Shown here: piece after piece, positions 18,370-29,005 of the stretch
Numbering within the stretch: position 1 is the first letter of the stretch
How the letters are laid out: each line of letters opens with the position of its first letter
Assembly (NCBI GenBank): GCA_009907385.1
Contig: JAAATR010000117.1
Location: 1 to 32,000, forward strand
Source: Atlantibacter hermannii
Lineage (GTDB): Bacteria > Pseudomonadota > Gammaproteobacteria > Enterobacterales > Enterobacteriaceae
Direction of reading: 5' to 3'
Length of the DNA stretch: 32,000 nucleotides
Notes under the pieces: generated by a model
The model's database searches: none
The model's input: only the letters and a program-made list of their open reading frames with translations
What the model was told of the DNA's origin: nothing
Position numbers and translations under genes: made by a program

Positions 18370-19677
18370 TTACCGCTCCCAGTACGCCTCTTCCAGGCTA
18401 TCTTCACGCTCCGGCAGGCCGCGCGTCAGACGCGGGGAGTGCTGGTTTAAGACCTGATAGCTGACGCGGTTGGCGTATTTGCATACCTGGGCCAGCGACG
18501 AGTAGGTCAGCCAGTTAAATTTATGTTTGCTGGAGTTCGGCACGTTGCTGCGATGGTAATTATTGGCGGTGATATCATGCAGCAATGCCGCCAGCGCGCC
18601 GTCGCCTGCGCCGTTGGTGTTCATGATTTTCTCCGGGCCGCCCATATACGGCGCGATATGCGAGAAAATACGCAGCGGCTGCTGGCAGTCCTGCAAGCGC
18701 ATCACCCGGCTAAACTCATACTGGTTGAACTCGGCAATCGCCCCCGGCAGCAGAGGATGCTGGGTTTTGCGCTTCGCCTCTTCCTCGGTGTAACCGGCCA
18801 TATATAAGCCTACCGGTCCGGCGGTGCACAGCACCAGGTCAACCCAGTCCAGCGCCTTATCGGACGCCAGCAGCGGATCGCTTTCCCCGGTCAGCGCCAG
18901 CGCTTCTTCTTCGTTCATCGCCAGAATCGACACGTGCTCTTTCAGGAAGTCACGCCACCATTGCGGGTTATCGGCAATCACGTACTTGGTCCCCAACGTC
19001 AGCACCACCGGCACATTGTGTTTTTTGGCGTAACCAATGGCGGTCATGGTGGCTTGCGGCATCGGTTCGCCCGGCTTGCAGCGCACCAGATAGGAAGTCA
19101 GCACCAGCGCGGATGCTCCAGCGATGACTTCTTCAGGAATGCTTTCCGGACGCAGCTGGTTCATGTGGCCAGGGCTGATGGCAAAAGTACGTTCGCCCTG
19201 CTCGCTGATCAGCGTAAAGCAGCGGCCAATCGCGCCGTCCACGCCCTGAAGATAATTCAGGTCGGTGCGGCTGGAGGTATTACACAAATAACGGTAGGCA
19301 TAACTGCCCGGCGTAATGTTATTGCACATCACGCCCAGCAGCACGGAACGGTCATCGGCCAGCACCGAGTAGTTGTGCATGGTATTGCCGATGGTGCCGC
19401 CGGCAAACTGATGGGTGATCAGGTTTTCGCGTACCAGTTCCTGATAAAGCGCTTCCGCCACATCATCTTCAATCACCAGCGAATGGCCGAGGCTTAAGCC
19501 GTAACGCTCCACAAACGCATCATCGACGCGCGCTTCGATATCCACCAGCGTCTGGTCAATACCCACTACCCATGACGGGCTGGCTTCGTTATCGGGCTGG
19601 GCCTGTTGCAGCAGCAACGGGTCGCGCAGGCTGACGGGAAAATAGTGTTTAGATTTACGTTTACCGGGAAATTTCAT
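18370..19677 (-). CDS. gsk: Inosine-guanosine kinase
   Basis: 435 aa, MKFPGKRKSKHYFPV...TNGAGDGALAALLHDI, collinear with E. coli Gsk (434 aa). Confidence 0.96.
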   Translation of the reverse strand: MKFPGKRKSKHYFPVSLRDPLLLQQAQPDNEASPSWVVGIDQTLVDIEARVDDAFVERYGLSLGHSLVIEDDVAEALYQELVRENLITHQFAGGTIGNTMHNYSVLADDRSVLLGVMCNNITPGSYAYRYLCNTSSRTDLNYLQGVDGAIGRCFTLISEQGERTFAISPGHMNQLRPESIPEEVIAGASALVLTSYLVRCKPGEPMPQATMTAIGYAKKHNVPVVLTLGTKYVIADNPQWWRDFLKEHVSILAMNEEEALALTGESDPLLASDKALDWVDLVLCTAGPVGLYMAGYTEEEAKRKTQHPLLPGAIAEFNQYEFSRVMRLQDCQQPLRIFSHIAPYMGGPEKIMNTNGAGDGALAALLHDITANNYHRSNVPNSSKHKFNWLTYSSLAQVCKYANRVSYQVLNQHSPRLTRGLPEREDSLEEAYWER

Positions 19678-19739
19678 GGGATGTGGATCGGTGGCTAATC
19701 AGGCGGAGAATGGTAACACACTCCGCCATCGGGGTGCGA

Positions 19740-20702
19740 TCAGCGATAGCGCGAGACCAGTTGCACCATCATTTCGATATGCGCCGCATCGTCGTTCAGC
19801 GCCGGAATGTATTCATATTTCTCGCCGCCCGCTTCCAGGAAAATCTCGCGGTTCTGTTCGGCGATCTCTTCCAGCGTCTCCAGACAGTCCGCCGCAAAGC
19901 CCGGGCACATCACCTGGATATGTTTGATGCCTTTTTCGGGCAGCATTTTCAGCGTTTCATCGGTGTACGGCGTTAACCACGGCTCGCGGCCAAAGCGCGA
20001 CTGAAAGGTCATCATGGTTTTTTCCGGCGCAATTTCCAGCGCGCCTACCAGCTCGCGGGTAGTATCGCGGCAACGCTGCGGATAGTCGTCGCCCTCATCA
20101 GCGTAACGCTGCGGGATACCGTGATAGGACATCAGCAGTAAATCCGGTTCGCCGTGTTGCGCGAAGGATTGTCGCACGGTGCCCGCCAGCGCGTTGATAT
20201 ACGCCGGATGATCGGCATAGTCACGAATGAAGTTCACGCCCGGAATGCGGCGATAAAGCGTGAGGATGCGCGCCAGCTCATCCCATACGGCAGCCACCGT
20301 CGAGCAGGAGTATTGCGGATAAAGCGGCAGCACGATGATATTGGTGACGCCGTTTTCCACCAGCTCCGCCACGGCGCTATCCAGCGACGGCCTGCCGTAG
20401 CTCATGCCCAGCACCACCGGAATATCGGGCAAGCGCGCCGATAGCGCCTGCTGCTGGCGGCGGCTGTACACCAGCAGCGGCGAGCCCTCTTCCATCCAGA
20501 TCGATTGATAAAGTTTGGCGACGCGGGGCGAACGCAGCGGCAGGATCACGCCGCGCAGCAGCGGCCACCACAGCAGCGGCGAGGTGTCGACAACGCGTTT
20601 GTCGCTTAAGAACTGGCGGAGGTAACGTTTAACCGCCGGAGCCGTCGGGGCATCCGGAGTACCGAGATTGACCAGTAAAATACCTGTTTTATCGAAACGC
20701 AT
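19740..20702 (-). CDS. hemH: Ferrochelatase
   Basis: 320 aa, [15 protein letters not shown]...LPLYPQYS...SYHGIP, the same length as E. coli HemH. Confidence 0.96.
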   Translation of the reverse strand: MRFDKTGILLVNLGTPDAPTAPAVKRYLRQFLSDKRVVDTSPLLWWPLLRGVILPLRSPRVAKLYQSIWMEEGSPLLVYSRRQQQALSARLPDIPVVLGMSYGRPSLDSAVAELVENGVTNIIVLPLYPQYSCSTVAAVWDELARILTLYRRIPGVNFIRDYADHPAYINALAGTVRQSFAQHGEPDLLLMSYHGIPQRYADEGDDYPQRCRDTTRELVGALEIAPEKTMMTFQSRFGREPWLTPYTDETLKMLPEKGIKHIQVMCPGFAADCLETLEEIAEQNREIFLEAGGEKYEYIPALNDDAAHIEMMVQLVSRYR

Positions 20703-20832
20703 TACCCGCCCTTACCTGACTAAATGGCTGATAATTGTAGCTGAAAAGCTGGCAGGATAAATCTATTGATATGAGAGCCAACTCCCTTCTTCGGGAAAGA
20801 AAAGCGCTGGCTCTGCATGACGCGGCGAGGAA

Positions 20833-21501
<669 letters not shown>

Positions 21502-21627
21502 TTATTACTGGAAGTTGCGAGGCCAAAACCATACCACTAAAGGCAGTACTACGACAAGAAACGCGGGACTGGTGAATGCTTTCAGGCATCTGAGGAAACG
21601 CAATAAAACACAGAATAGCGGGAATAT

Positions 21628-21653
21628 CCCCCTCTCAACGCAATGAGAGGGGG
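21628..21653 (-). terminator. htpG 3' hairpin (terminator-like, non-canonical)
   Basis: CCCCCTCTCA-N6-TGAGAGGGGG, a perfect 10-bp stem 11 nt after the htpG stop. On the minus strand the U-run precedes rather than follows the stem. Confidence 0.4.
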
Positions 21654-21664
21654 AAAAATCGGCG

Positions 21665-23539
21665 TTACGAAACCAGAAGCTGGTTCATGCGGCGAATAAA
21701 CAAGTTTGGATCTTCCAGGGTGCCGCGCTCAGCCAGCAGCGCCTGATCGAGCAGCAATTCTACCCACTCTTTAAAGCGCGCTTCATCCTGCGTATCCGCG
21801 GTGCGTTTCACCAGCACATGGTCCGGGTTCAGCTCGAAGATGTATTTCACTTCCGGCACCGCCTGGCCCGCAGCGGCAAACAGCTTCGCCATCTGGGTGC
21901 TCATTTCGTCGTTGTCGGTGGTGACAATCGCCGGGGTGTCGGTCAGACGGTGGGTAAAGCGCACCTCTTTCACCCGGTCGCCCAGCAGCGTTTTCACGCG
22001 CTCAACGAACGGCTCAAGGGCTTTTTCCGCTTCTTTGGTCTGCTCGTCCACTTCATCCGCCAGCTTGTCCAGCGACGCGTCCGCTTTAGCGATGGACTGG
22101 AATTTCTTACCGTCGAATTCGGTCAGGTAGCTCATCATCCACTCATCGATGCGATCGGAAAGCAGCAACACTTCGATGCCTTTCTTACGCAGCAGCTCCA
22201 GGTGCGGGCTGCTCTTCGCCGCGGCGTAGCTGTCGGCGGTGATGTAGTAAATCTTCTCTTGGCCTTCTTTCATGCGCGCCACGTACTCTTCCAGCGACAC
22301 GGTCTGCTCGGAAGAATCGGTATGGGTGGACGCAAAGCGCAGCAGTTTGGCGATGGTTTCCTGGTTGGCGTTGTCTTCCGCCGGGCCCTCTTTCAGCACC
22401 AGGCCGAACTGCTTCCAGAAAGTCTGGTATTTTTCCGCGTCGTCTTTCGCCAGTTTTTCCAGCGTCTGCAGGGCGCGTTTGGTCAGCGCGTTACGCAGAT
22501 TGCGGGTGACGCTGCTGTCCTGGAGGATTTCACGCGACACGTTCAGCGGCAGATCGTTGGAGTCGATAAGCCCACGGATAAAGCGCAGGTAGTTCGGCAT
22601 GAACTGCTCGGCGTCATCCATAATAAACACGCGCTGCACGTAGAGTTTCAGGCCGTGCTTATGATCGCGGTTCCACATATCCCACGGCGCCTGGGACGGC
22701 ACATACAGCAGGCTGGTGTACTCCTGCTTGCCTTCCACGCGGTTATGGCTCCAGATCAGCGGATCGGTGAAGTCATGAGCGATATGTTTGTAAAACTCTT
22801 TGTACTCGTCATCGCTGATTTCAGACTTGCTGCGGGTCCACAGCGCCTGCGCTTTGTTGATTTTCTCGAAGCTGACGACGGTTTCGCCGTCTTTTTCTTC
22901 GTGCTTTTCGATCTCAACCGGCAGCGCAATGTGATCGGAGTATTTGCTGATGATCGCGCGCACGCGCCAGTCGTCAAGGAACTCGTCCTCGCCTTCGCGC
23001 AGGTGCAGGGTGATTTCGGTGCCGCGATCGGCTTTATTGATATCCGCGACGGTGTATTCGCCCTCGCCCGCCGACTCCCAGAACACGCCCTCTTCCGCGC
23101 TAACGCCCGCAGCGCGGGTGCGCACGGTGACTTTATCCGCCACGATAAACGCAGAGTAGAAGCCCACGCCGAACTGGCCGATCAGCTGGCTGTCTTTTGC
23201 CTGATCGGAGCCCATGCTTTCCAGGAACGCTTTGGTGCCGGATTTGGCAATGGTGCCCAGGTGATCGATCACCTCATCGCGGGTCATTCCGATGCCGTTA
23301 TCGGCAATAGTCAGGGCGCGATTGGCTTTGTCGAAAGAAACGCGCACGCGCAGATCGCCGTCGCCCGCATACAGATCCGGATTGGACAGCGCGCGGAAGC
23401 GCAGCTTGTCCGCCGCATCGGAGGCGTTAGAAATCAGCTCACGCAGGAAAATTTCTTTGTTGGAATACAGGGAATGGATCATCAGGTGCAGAAGCTGTTT
23501 TACTTCTGACTGGAAACCACGGGTTTCTTGTCCTTTCAT
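21665..23539 (-). CDS. htpG: Hsp90-family chaperone HtpG
   Basis: 624 aa, [42 protein letters not shown]..., collinear along its length with E. coli HtpG as I recall it. Confidence 0.99.
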   Translation of the reverse strand: MKGQETRGFQSEVKQLLHLMIHSLYSNKEIFLRELISNASDAADKLRFRALSNPDLYAGDGDLRVRVSFDKANRALTIADNGIGMTRDEVIDHLGTIAKSGTKAFLESMGSDQAKDSQLIGQFGVGFYSAFIVADKVTVRTRAAGVSAEEGVFWESAGEGEYTVADINKADRGTEITLHLREGEDEFLDDWRVRAIISKYSDHIALPVEIEKHEEKDGETVVSFEKINKAQALWTRSKSEISDDEYKEFYKHIAHDFTDPLIWSHNRVEGKQEYTSLLYVPSQAPWDMWNRDHKHGLKLYVQRVFIMDDAEQFMPNYLRFIRGLIDSNDLPLNVSREILQDSSVTRNLRNALTKRALQTLEKLAKDDAEKYQTFWKQFGLVLKEGPAEDNANQETIAKLLRFASTHTDSSEQTVSLEEYVARMKEGQEKIYYITADSYAAAKSSPHLELLRKKGIEVLLLSDRIDEWMMSYLTEFDGKKFQSIAKADASLDKLADEVDEQTKEAEKALEPFVERVKTLLGDRVKEVRFTHRLTDTPAIVTTDNDEMSTQMAKLFAAAGQAVPEVKYIFELNPDHVLVKRTADTQDEARFKEWVELLLDQALLAERGTLEDPNLFIRRMNQLLVS

Positions 23540-23589
23540 TTAAATCGACCTCAACAATGCCATTTAATGGGGTTATAGACGTTGAGGGA

Positions 23590-23619
23590 GAAATGGGGAT
23601 ATTAGACAGGAATTTCAAG
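23590..23619 (-). promoter_or_regulatory. sigma32 heat-shock promoter of htpG
   Basis: The minus strand reads CTTGAAA (23613-23619), a 14-nt spacer, then CCCCATTTC (23590-23598). This matches the sigma32 consensus CTTGAAA-N13-15-CCCCATNT, about 50 nt upstream of the htpG ATG. Confidence 0.85.
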
Positions 23620-23620
23620 C

Positions 23621-23642
23621 GGAGCGTGTGAAGGCACGCTCC
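23621..23642 (-). terminator. recR 3' hairpin abutting the htpG -35 element
   Basis: GGAGCGTG-CCTTCA-CACGCTCC, a perfect 8-bp stem 6 nt after the recR stop. The next bases are GCTTGAAATT. Confidence 0.6.
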
Positions 23643-23648
23643 GAATGA

Positions 23649-24253
23649 TTAAAAAACAATCTTGTGGCGGCCCACCAGCGAGTGAGACAGCGTGGTGCCA
23701 TCCACCATTTCCAGTTCGCCGCCGACCGGCACGCCGTGGGCGATGCGGCTGGCGTCAACGCCGTACTGCCCGCACAGCTCCGCGATGTAGTTCGCCGTGG
23801 CTTCGCCTTCCACCGTGGGGTTGGTGGCGAGGATCACCTCTTTCAGCGATTCCGTTTCCAGACGCTGTTCAAGGCGATCCAGACCGATGTCCTGCGGGCC
23901 GATTCCGTCCAGCGGAGAGAGATGGCCCATCAGCACAAAGTAGCGGCCGGAAAACTGCCCGGTCTGCTCAATCGCATAGATATCCGCCGGGCTTTCCACT
24001 ACGCAGATTTGGCCATTTTCCCGACGGCGCGGGTTGGCGCAAATATGGCAGATCTCCTGCTCGGTGAAGGTGCGGCAGTCGGCGCAGTGGCCGATTTCCG
24101 ACATGGCGCGGGTCAACGCCTGCGCCAGACGCATGCCGCCGCTGCGATCGCGCTGTAACAGCGTGAAAGCCATACGCTGCGCCGATTTCGGGCCAACGCC
24201 CGGCAGGCAACGCAGCGCTTCCATCAGTTGGGTCAGCAGAGGACTGGTTTGCA

Positions 24254-24254
<1 letters not shown>
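23649..24254 (-). CDS. recR: Recombination mediator RecR
   Basis: 201 aa, [30 protein letters not shown], a C4 zinc finger (CxxC...CxxC) and a Toprim domain. Confidence 0.98.
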
Positions 24255-24595
<341 letters not shown>

Positions 24596-24665
24596 TTACT
24601 TAGGGGCTCGCCGGGCGTTATCCGCTCAGCGATACCGGGTTTACAACAGGCAGAAGGCCTGCCCG

Positions 24666-26591
24666 TCAAAGGGGGCGAATGCTCTCTTCATCCAGATCGG
24701 CATCAAAGAAACGACGCAGGGTCTGGATATTGGCATCCGCGATGATCGACTCGCGCGCCTGCGCCAGCTTCTCTTCATAAATCGCCTGCCGCCACTCAAG
24801 CGGCGTACGCTGGGCGAGATTATCATCTTCAATGATAGTCAGTTCAATCGGCATACCGTACAGCTGGCTCATCGCCTCGCTGAGGGTCTGCCGCGCCGCC
24901 GGCGAATTCAAATGGCGCTGGGTGGCGCGCAGGTGCAGGCAAATCTTCGGCCCGTCCTGCTCTTTCCAGGCGTTCAGCGCCACCTGCTCTACCAGTTTCG
25001 GCAGTTTTAATAAGCTTACATCACGCGCCCACTCATCGCGCGCCAGAGATTCCTGGGCCAGCTTCGCGGCCAGCTCGGGAGTTTTCTCGTGCTCAAGCGC
25101 TTTTTTCAGCGCTTTCGGCGTGGCGACAGGTTCCGGCGTGACTTCCACCACGTTTTGCGCCTTCCAGCGGTAGGCTTCCGGTTTAGCCGGCGCGCTCTCC
25201 TGCGGGGCTTTCGCCGGGTTGGCTTTTACCCGTTCGGTGACCGATGCCAGTCGTTCGAGCGCGGAGTTATTCACCGGCCGCGCGGTACCTGGCGCTGCCG
25301 GTTCACTCTTTTTTGCTTTGCTGCCCTCCTGGGCTTTCTGCAAGCGGCTGCGGGCTTCCAGCAGATGACTGGTGGCGTCGGGCAGCGGGACATTCGATGC
25401 GGGTGGCTGCGGCGCGACCGGAGACGGCGCGTCCACGCGAGCGACGGGCTGTGCCGCCACCGCCGGGATCGCGGTCTGTACCGGTTGCGGCTCCGCTATC
25501 GGCGCGCGGGGATGAAACGCCAGCGCGCGCAGCAGCGTCATTTCGACGCCCATCCGCCGGTCCGGGGCCCAGGGCAGCTCTTTGCGGCCAATCAGCAGCG
25601 TCTGGTAGTAGAGCTGCACGTCCGCTGGCGGCAGCGTACGCGCCAGTTCGCGCAGGCGCTGTTCAATATTCGCCATATCCGCGCCGATAGCGGCAGGAGA
25701 AAGCTGGACCATCGCAACGCGGTGCAGCAGGCTGAGCATTTCCACCAGCAGCGCTTCCCACTCCACCCCGCGCGAGTGCGCCTCGTTAATCAGGCGCATC
25801 ACGGTTTCGCCTTCGGCGCGGGCCAGCGCTTCAATCAGCGCCAGCGCCTGGGCGTCGTCGAGCGTACCCAGCATGGCGCTCACCGCCGCGGTGCTGACCT
25901 GCCCGTCGCCGCTGGCGATGGCCTGGTCGGTCAGACTTAACGCGTCGCGCAGGCTGCCTTCCGCCGCGCGCGCCAGCAGTTGCAGGGCGCGCGATTCGTG
26001 GTCGATGTTTTCCTGGGTGAGAATATGCTCCAGCTGATCGCGGATCTGCTCAACGTCCAGGGCCTTAAGATGGAATTGCAGGCAGCGCGACAGGATCGTC
26101 ACCGGCAGCTTTTGCGGATCGGTGGTCGCAAGCAGGAATTTAACGTGCGCGGGCGGCTCTTCCAGCGTCTTTAACAGCGCGTTGAAGCTGTGACGCGAGA
26201 GCATATGCACTTCGTCAATCAGATAGACTTTGAAGCGGCCACGCGCGGGCGCGTATTGCACGTTATCCAGCAGATCGCGGGTGTCTTCCACTTTGGTGCG
26301 CGACGCGGCGTCAATTTCGATCAAATCGACAAAACGGCCCTGCTCGATTTCGCGGCAGTTATCGCACACGCCGCACGGGGTCGCCGTAATGCCGGTTTCG
26401 CAGTTCAACCCTTTGGCTAACAGACGGGCAATCGAGGTTTTCCCGACGCCGCGCGTGCCGGAAAACAGGTACGCGTGGTGGATGCGCCCGAGGGATAATC
26501 CGTTCGCCAGCGCGGTCAGTACATGTTCCTGGCCGACAACGTCTGCAAAGGTTTGTGGGCGCCATTTACGGGCTAAGACCTGATAACTCAT
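24666..26591 (-). CDS. dnaX: DNA polymerase III subunits tau and gamma
   Basis: 641 aa, MSYQVLARKWRPQTFADVVGQEHVLTALANGL...GTRGVGKTS (AAA+ clamp-loader motifs). Confidence 0.99.
   Translation of the reverse strand: MSYQVLARKWRPQTFADVVGQEHVLTALANGLSLGRIHHAYLFSGTRGVGKTSIARLLAKGLNCETGITATPCGVCDNCREIEQGRFVDLIEIDAASRTKVEDTRDLLDNVQYAPARGRFKVYLIDEVHMLSRHSFNALLKTLEEPPAHVKFLLATTDPQKLPVTILSRCLQFHLKALDVEQIRDQLEHILTQENIDHESRALQLLARAAEGSLRDALSLTDQAIASGDGQVSTAAVSAMLGTLDDAQALALIEALARAEGETVMRLINEAHSRGVEWEALLVEMLSLLHRVAMVQLSPAAIGADMANIEQRLRELARTLPPADVQLYYQTLLIGRKELPWAPDRRMGVEMTLLRALAFHPRAPIAEPQPVQTAIPAVAAQPVARVDAPSPVAPQPPASNVPLPDATSHLLEARSRLQKAQEGSKAKKSEPAAPGTARPVNNSALERLASVTERVKANPAKAPQESAPAKPEAYRWKAQNVVEVTPEPVATPKALKKALEHEKTPELAAKLAQESLARDEWARDVSLLKLPKLVEQVALNAWKEQDGPKICLHLRATQRHLNSPAARQTLSEAMSQLYGMPIELTIIEDDNLAQRTPLEWRQAIYEEKLAQARESIIADANIQTLRRFFDADLDEESIRPL
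25274..25330 (-). promoter_or_regulatory. dnaX -1 programmed frameshift cassette (gamma subunit)
   Basis: On the minus strand: SD-like AGGAGGG (25324-25330); slippery A_AAA_AAG (25308-25314, codons 426-428); a 6-nt AGUGAA spacer; then the stem-loop CCGGC.GCGC...GCGC.GCCGG (25274-25301). The -1 frame reads AAA AAA GAG TGA, with the stop at 25303-25305. This is the same architecture as in E. coli. Confidence 0.9.
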
Positions 26592-26681
26592 GGGCTGGCT
26601 CTGAAATGCCTGGATGGTGAATAGAGAGGGGTAATGCTAACACAGCCCCACCTGTACGGCGAGGCTGTCGGGGGGCGAATA

Positions 26682-27233
26682 TCAATGACCGGGGAACGGA
26701 ACCAGGCTGAAGCAGTCGATGCCGGCCTGTTGCAGGCGCTGCTCGCCGCCGAGGTCAAACAGGTTGATGATAAACGCGGCGTCTTTCACTTCACCGCCGA
26801 GGCGGCGGATCAGCTTCACGGTGGCGTCAATGGTGCCGCCGGTCGCCAGCAGGTCGTCCACCACCAGCACTTTGTCGCCGGGCTTGATAGCATCAACGTG
26901 GATTTCCAGCTGATCGGTGCCGTATTCCAGCTCATAGCTTTCCGCGATGGTTTCGCGCGGCAGTTTACGCGGCTTGCGTACCGGGACAAAACCGACGCCC
27001 AGCGCCAGCGCGACCGGCGCGCCAAACAGAAAACCGCGCGCTTCGGTACCGACGACTTTGGTGATGCCGGCGTCTTTGTAGCGCTCGGTCAGCAGTTCGA
27101 TACTTAACGCATAAGCTTTGGGGTCTTCCAGCAGGCTGGTAACGTCACGAAACAGGATGCCCGGCTTCGGGTAATCCTGGATGCTTTTAATACTGTCTTT
27201 AAGAAATTCAAGCTGCTGTGCAGTCGCGGTCAT
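26682..27233 (-). CDS. apt: Adenine phosphoribosyltransferase
   Basis: [32 protein letters not shown]..., 183 aa from the Met at 27233, as in E. coli. The ORF-track start at 27278 adds 15 non-homologous residues. Confidence 0.96.
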   Translation of the reverse strand: MTATAQQLEFLKDSIKSIQDYPKPGILFRDVTSLLEDPKAYALSIELLTERYKDAGITKVVGTEARGFLFGAPVALALGVGFVPVRKPRKLPRETIAESYELEYGTDQLEIHVDAIKPGDKVLVVDDLLATGGTIDATVKLIRRLGGEVKDAAFIINLFDLGGEQRLQQAGIDCFSLVPFPGH

Positions 27234-27384
27234 AATTACATGCCTGATTAAAACGGGTTGACTCACAAGGCACGCCAAAGGGGCAAACGCGGTTTTGCTT
27301 ACGCGTTAACCAGGGCGTGTCTGTTGCCGAAAACGCCAGAATGTACTGGCTGAGCCATCGAAATGCAACCACTCAGACGCGGGT

Positions 27385-27762
27385 TCAGGAGTTTTGTTGC
27401 TTTTCGTCAATCACCGGGATGCGCCACATAAAGATCAGCAGGCAGCCGAGGATGGTTAATAACAAAATACGCACCCAGAACATTTTTACCAGCCACAGCG
27501 ACACGGCAAATGTCACAAGAATAAACGCAATCGCCCGGGGCTTGGCGCCCCGCGGCATCGCTTTGTGCTGCTGCCAGTAGCGTAAATAACCGCCGAACCA
27601 GGAGCGGTACAGCAGCCAGTGGTGAAAACGCGGTGAAGAACGGGCGAAACACCAGGCCGCCAGCAGTAAAAAAGGAGTTGTGGGAAGCAAGGGGAGCACC
27701 ACGCCAAGCGTGGCAAGCACTACCGCAATCCAGCCAATGATGATTAAAATGAGTCGTTGCAT
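27385..27762 (-). CDS. ybaN: DUF454 inner-membrane protein YbaN
   Basis: MQRLILIIIGWIAVVLATLGVVLPLLPTTPFLLLAAWCFARSSPRFH..., 125 aa from the Met at 27762, matching E. coli YbaN in length and sequence. Confidence 0.93.
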   Translation of the reverse strand: MQRLILIIIGWIAVVLATLGVVLPLLPTTPFLLLAAWCFARSSPRFHHWLLYRSWFGGYLRYWQQHKAMPRGAKPRAIAFILVTFAVSLWLVKMFWVRILLLTILGCLLIFMWRIPVIDEKQQNS

Positions 27763-27827
27763 AGTCGCTTCCACAGAGTCATGTCGGCTACTGTAGCACA
27801 GCGCGCACGACACACAGCGGAGAGCGC

Positions 27828-28355
27828 ATGAAAACCGACCGATTATTACAATCGCTACAAACGCAGTTGCAACAACTTTGTCAAACCCTTGAACCGCTGG
27901 CGCAGCACCGCACGCTGTCGGCGCGCTTTGACCGGCAGCTTTTCCAGACCCGCTCTACGCTTATTAATGATTATTTGCAGGAGTGCTGGCGCAACCTTGA
28001 CGCCTTAACGCTTCACGTCCGGGAACGAAAAGCCGACCAGGTCGCCTGGCTGGCGGAGCATCTTGTCGCCCAGATGGAAGCGCTGGCCCGCGAAGGGGCG
28101 ACCTGGTCGTTGCGCCGCCATGACAGCGCGCATCTGCCCGTGGGCCGTCGTCACGCGCAACTGTTGCAGCATCAGGAGTATGAACGCCGCCTGCTGGCAA
28201 TGAAACAGCAGCGCGAAGCCCAGTTGCGTAACGTCGAAACGCTACAGGCGCAGCAGCGATTACATAAAGAGATTGAGGCGCTGGATGGCCGTCTGGCGCG
28301 CTGTCGCCATGCGCTGGCGGGCATTGAACGCGCGCTGGCGCGGCAAACGCGTTAA
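27828..28355 (+). CDS. priC: Primosomal replication protein N'' (PriC)
   Basis: 175 aa, ...TLSARFDRQLFQTRS...QVAWLAEHLVAQ...RLARCRHAL..IE..LAR.TR, collinear with E. coli PriC (175 aa). Confidence 0.93.
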   Translation: MKTDRLLQSLQTQLQQLCQTLEPLAQHRTLSARFDRQLFQTRSTLINDYLQECWRNLDALTLHVRERKADQVAWLAEHLVAQMEALAREGATWSLRRHDSAHLPVGRRHAQLLQHQEYERRLLAMKQQREAQLRNVETLQAQQRLHKEIEALDGRLARCRHALAGIERALARQTR

Positions 28356-28371
28356 CCCACAGGAGAATACC

Positions 28372-28530
28372 GTGTCCCTTGAGAACGCCCCCGATGACGT
28401 CAAACTGGCGGTGGATTTAATTATGCTGCTGGAAACGCACAACATTGCGCCGGAGACGGCGTTAAGCGCGCTGGAAATGGTGCGGCAGGATTTTTTGCGT
28501 AAGCAGCGGGAGGCGGAGAAAGCGGAGTAA
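28372..28530 (+). CDS. ybaM: DUF2496 small protein YbaM
   Basis: GTG start at 28372, preceded by AGGAGA 6 nt upstream. 52 aa, (M)SLENAPDDVKLAVDLIMLLE..., conserved downstream of priC in enterobacteria. The ORF-track ATG at 28273 would overlap priC by 83 nt. Confidence 0.85.
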   Translation: MSLENAPDDVKLAVDLIMLLETHNIAPETALSALEMVRQDFLRKQREAEKAE

Positions 28531-28534
28531 ATCT

Positions 28535-28564
28535 CCTCTCCTGCCGGCAACGTTGCAGGAGAGG
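28535..28564. terminator. Hairpin in the 42-bp gap between convergent ybaM and glnB
   Basis: CCTCTCCTGC-N10-GCAGGAGAGG, a perfect 10-bp stem. There is no clear U-tract on either strand. It sits exactly at the synteny junction. Confidence 0.5.
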
Positions 28565-28572
28565 CCGGTGAA

Positions 28573-28920
<348 letters not shown>

Positions 28921-29005
28921 TTAACTCATCTCGCCTGAGGCACAGTTATCTACGCGTAATCGGTTGCTCACCGTACCATATGTTGAGGCCGGTTTGGCAG
29001 CAAAA

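Noticed and set aside
21818-23509. Striking 563-aa ORF antisense to almost all of htpG
   Set aside because: Its codons are in exact register with the htpG codons, so each antisense codon is the reverse complement of a sense codon. It stays open simply because htpG avoids the rare codons TTA, CTA and TCA. The predicted protein is low-complexity (Arg/Ala/Gly/Val-rich), and I see no RBS or promoter evidence.
28273-28530. 85-aa version of the ORF containing ybaM
   Set aside because: The upstream ATG would overlap priC by 83 nt. The conserved YbaM sequence begins at the GTG at 28372, which has a good AGGAGA SD.
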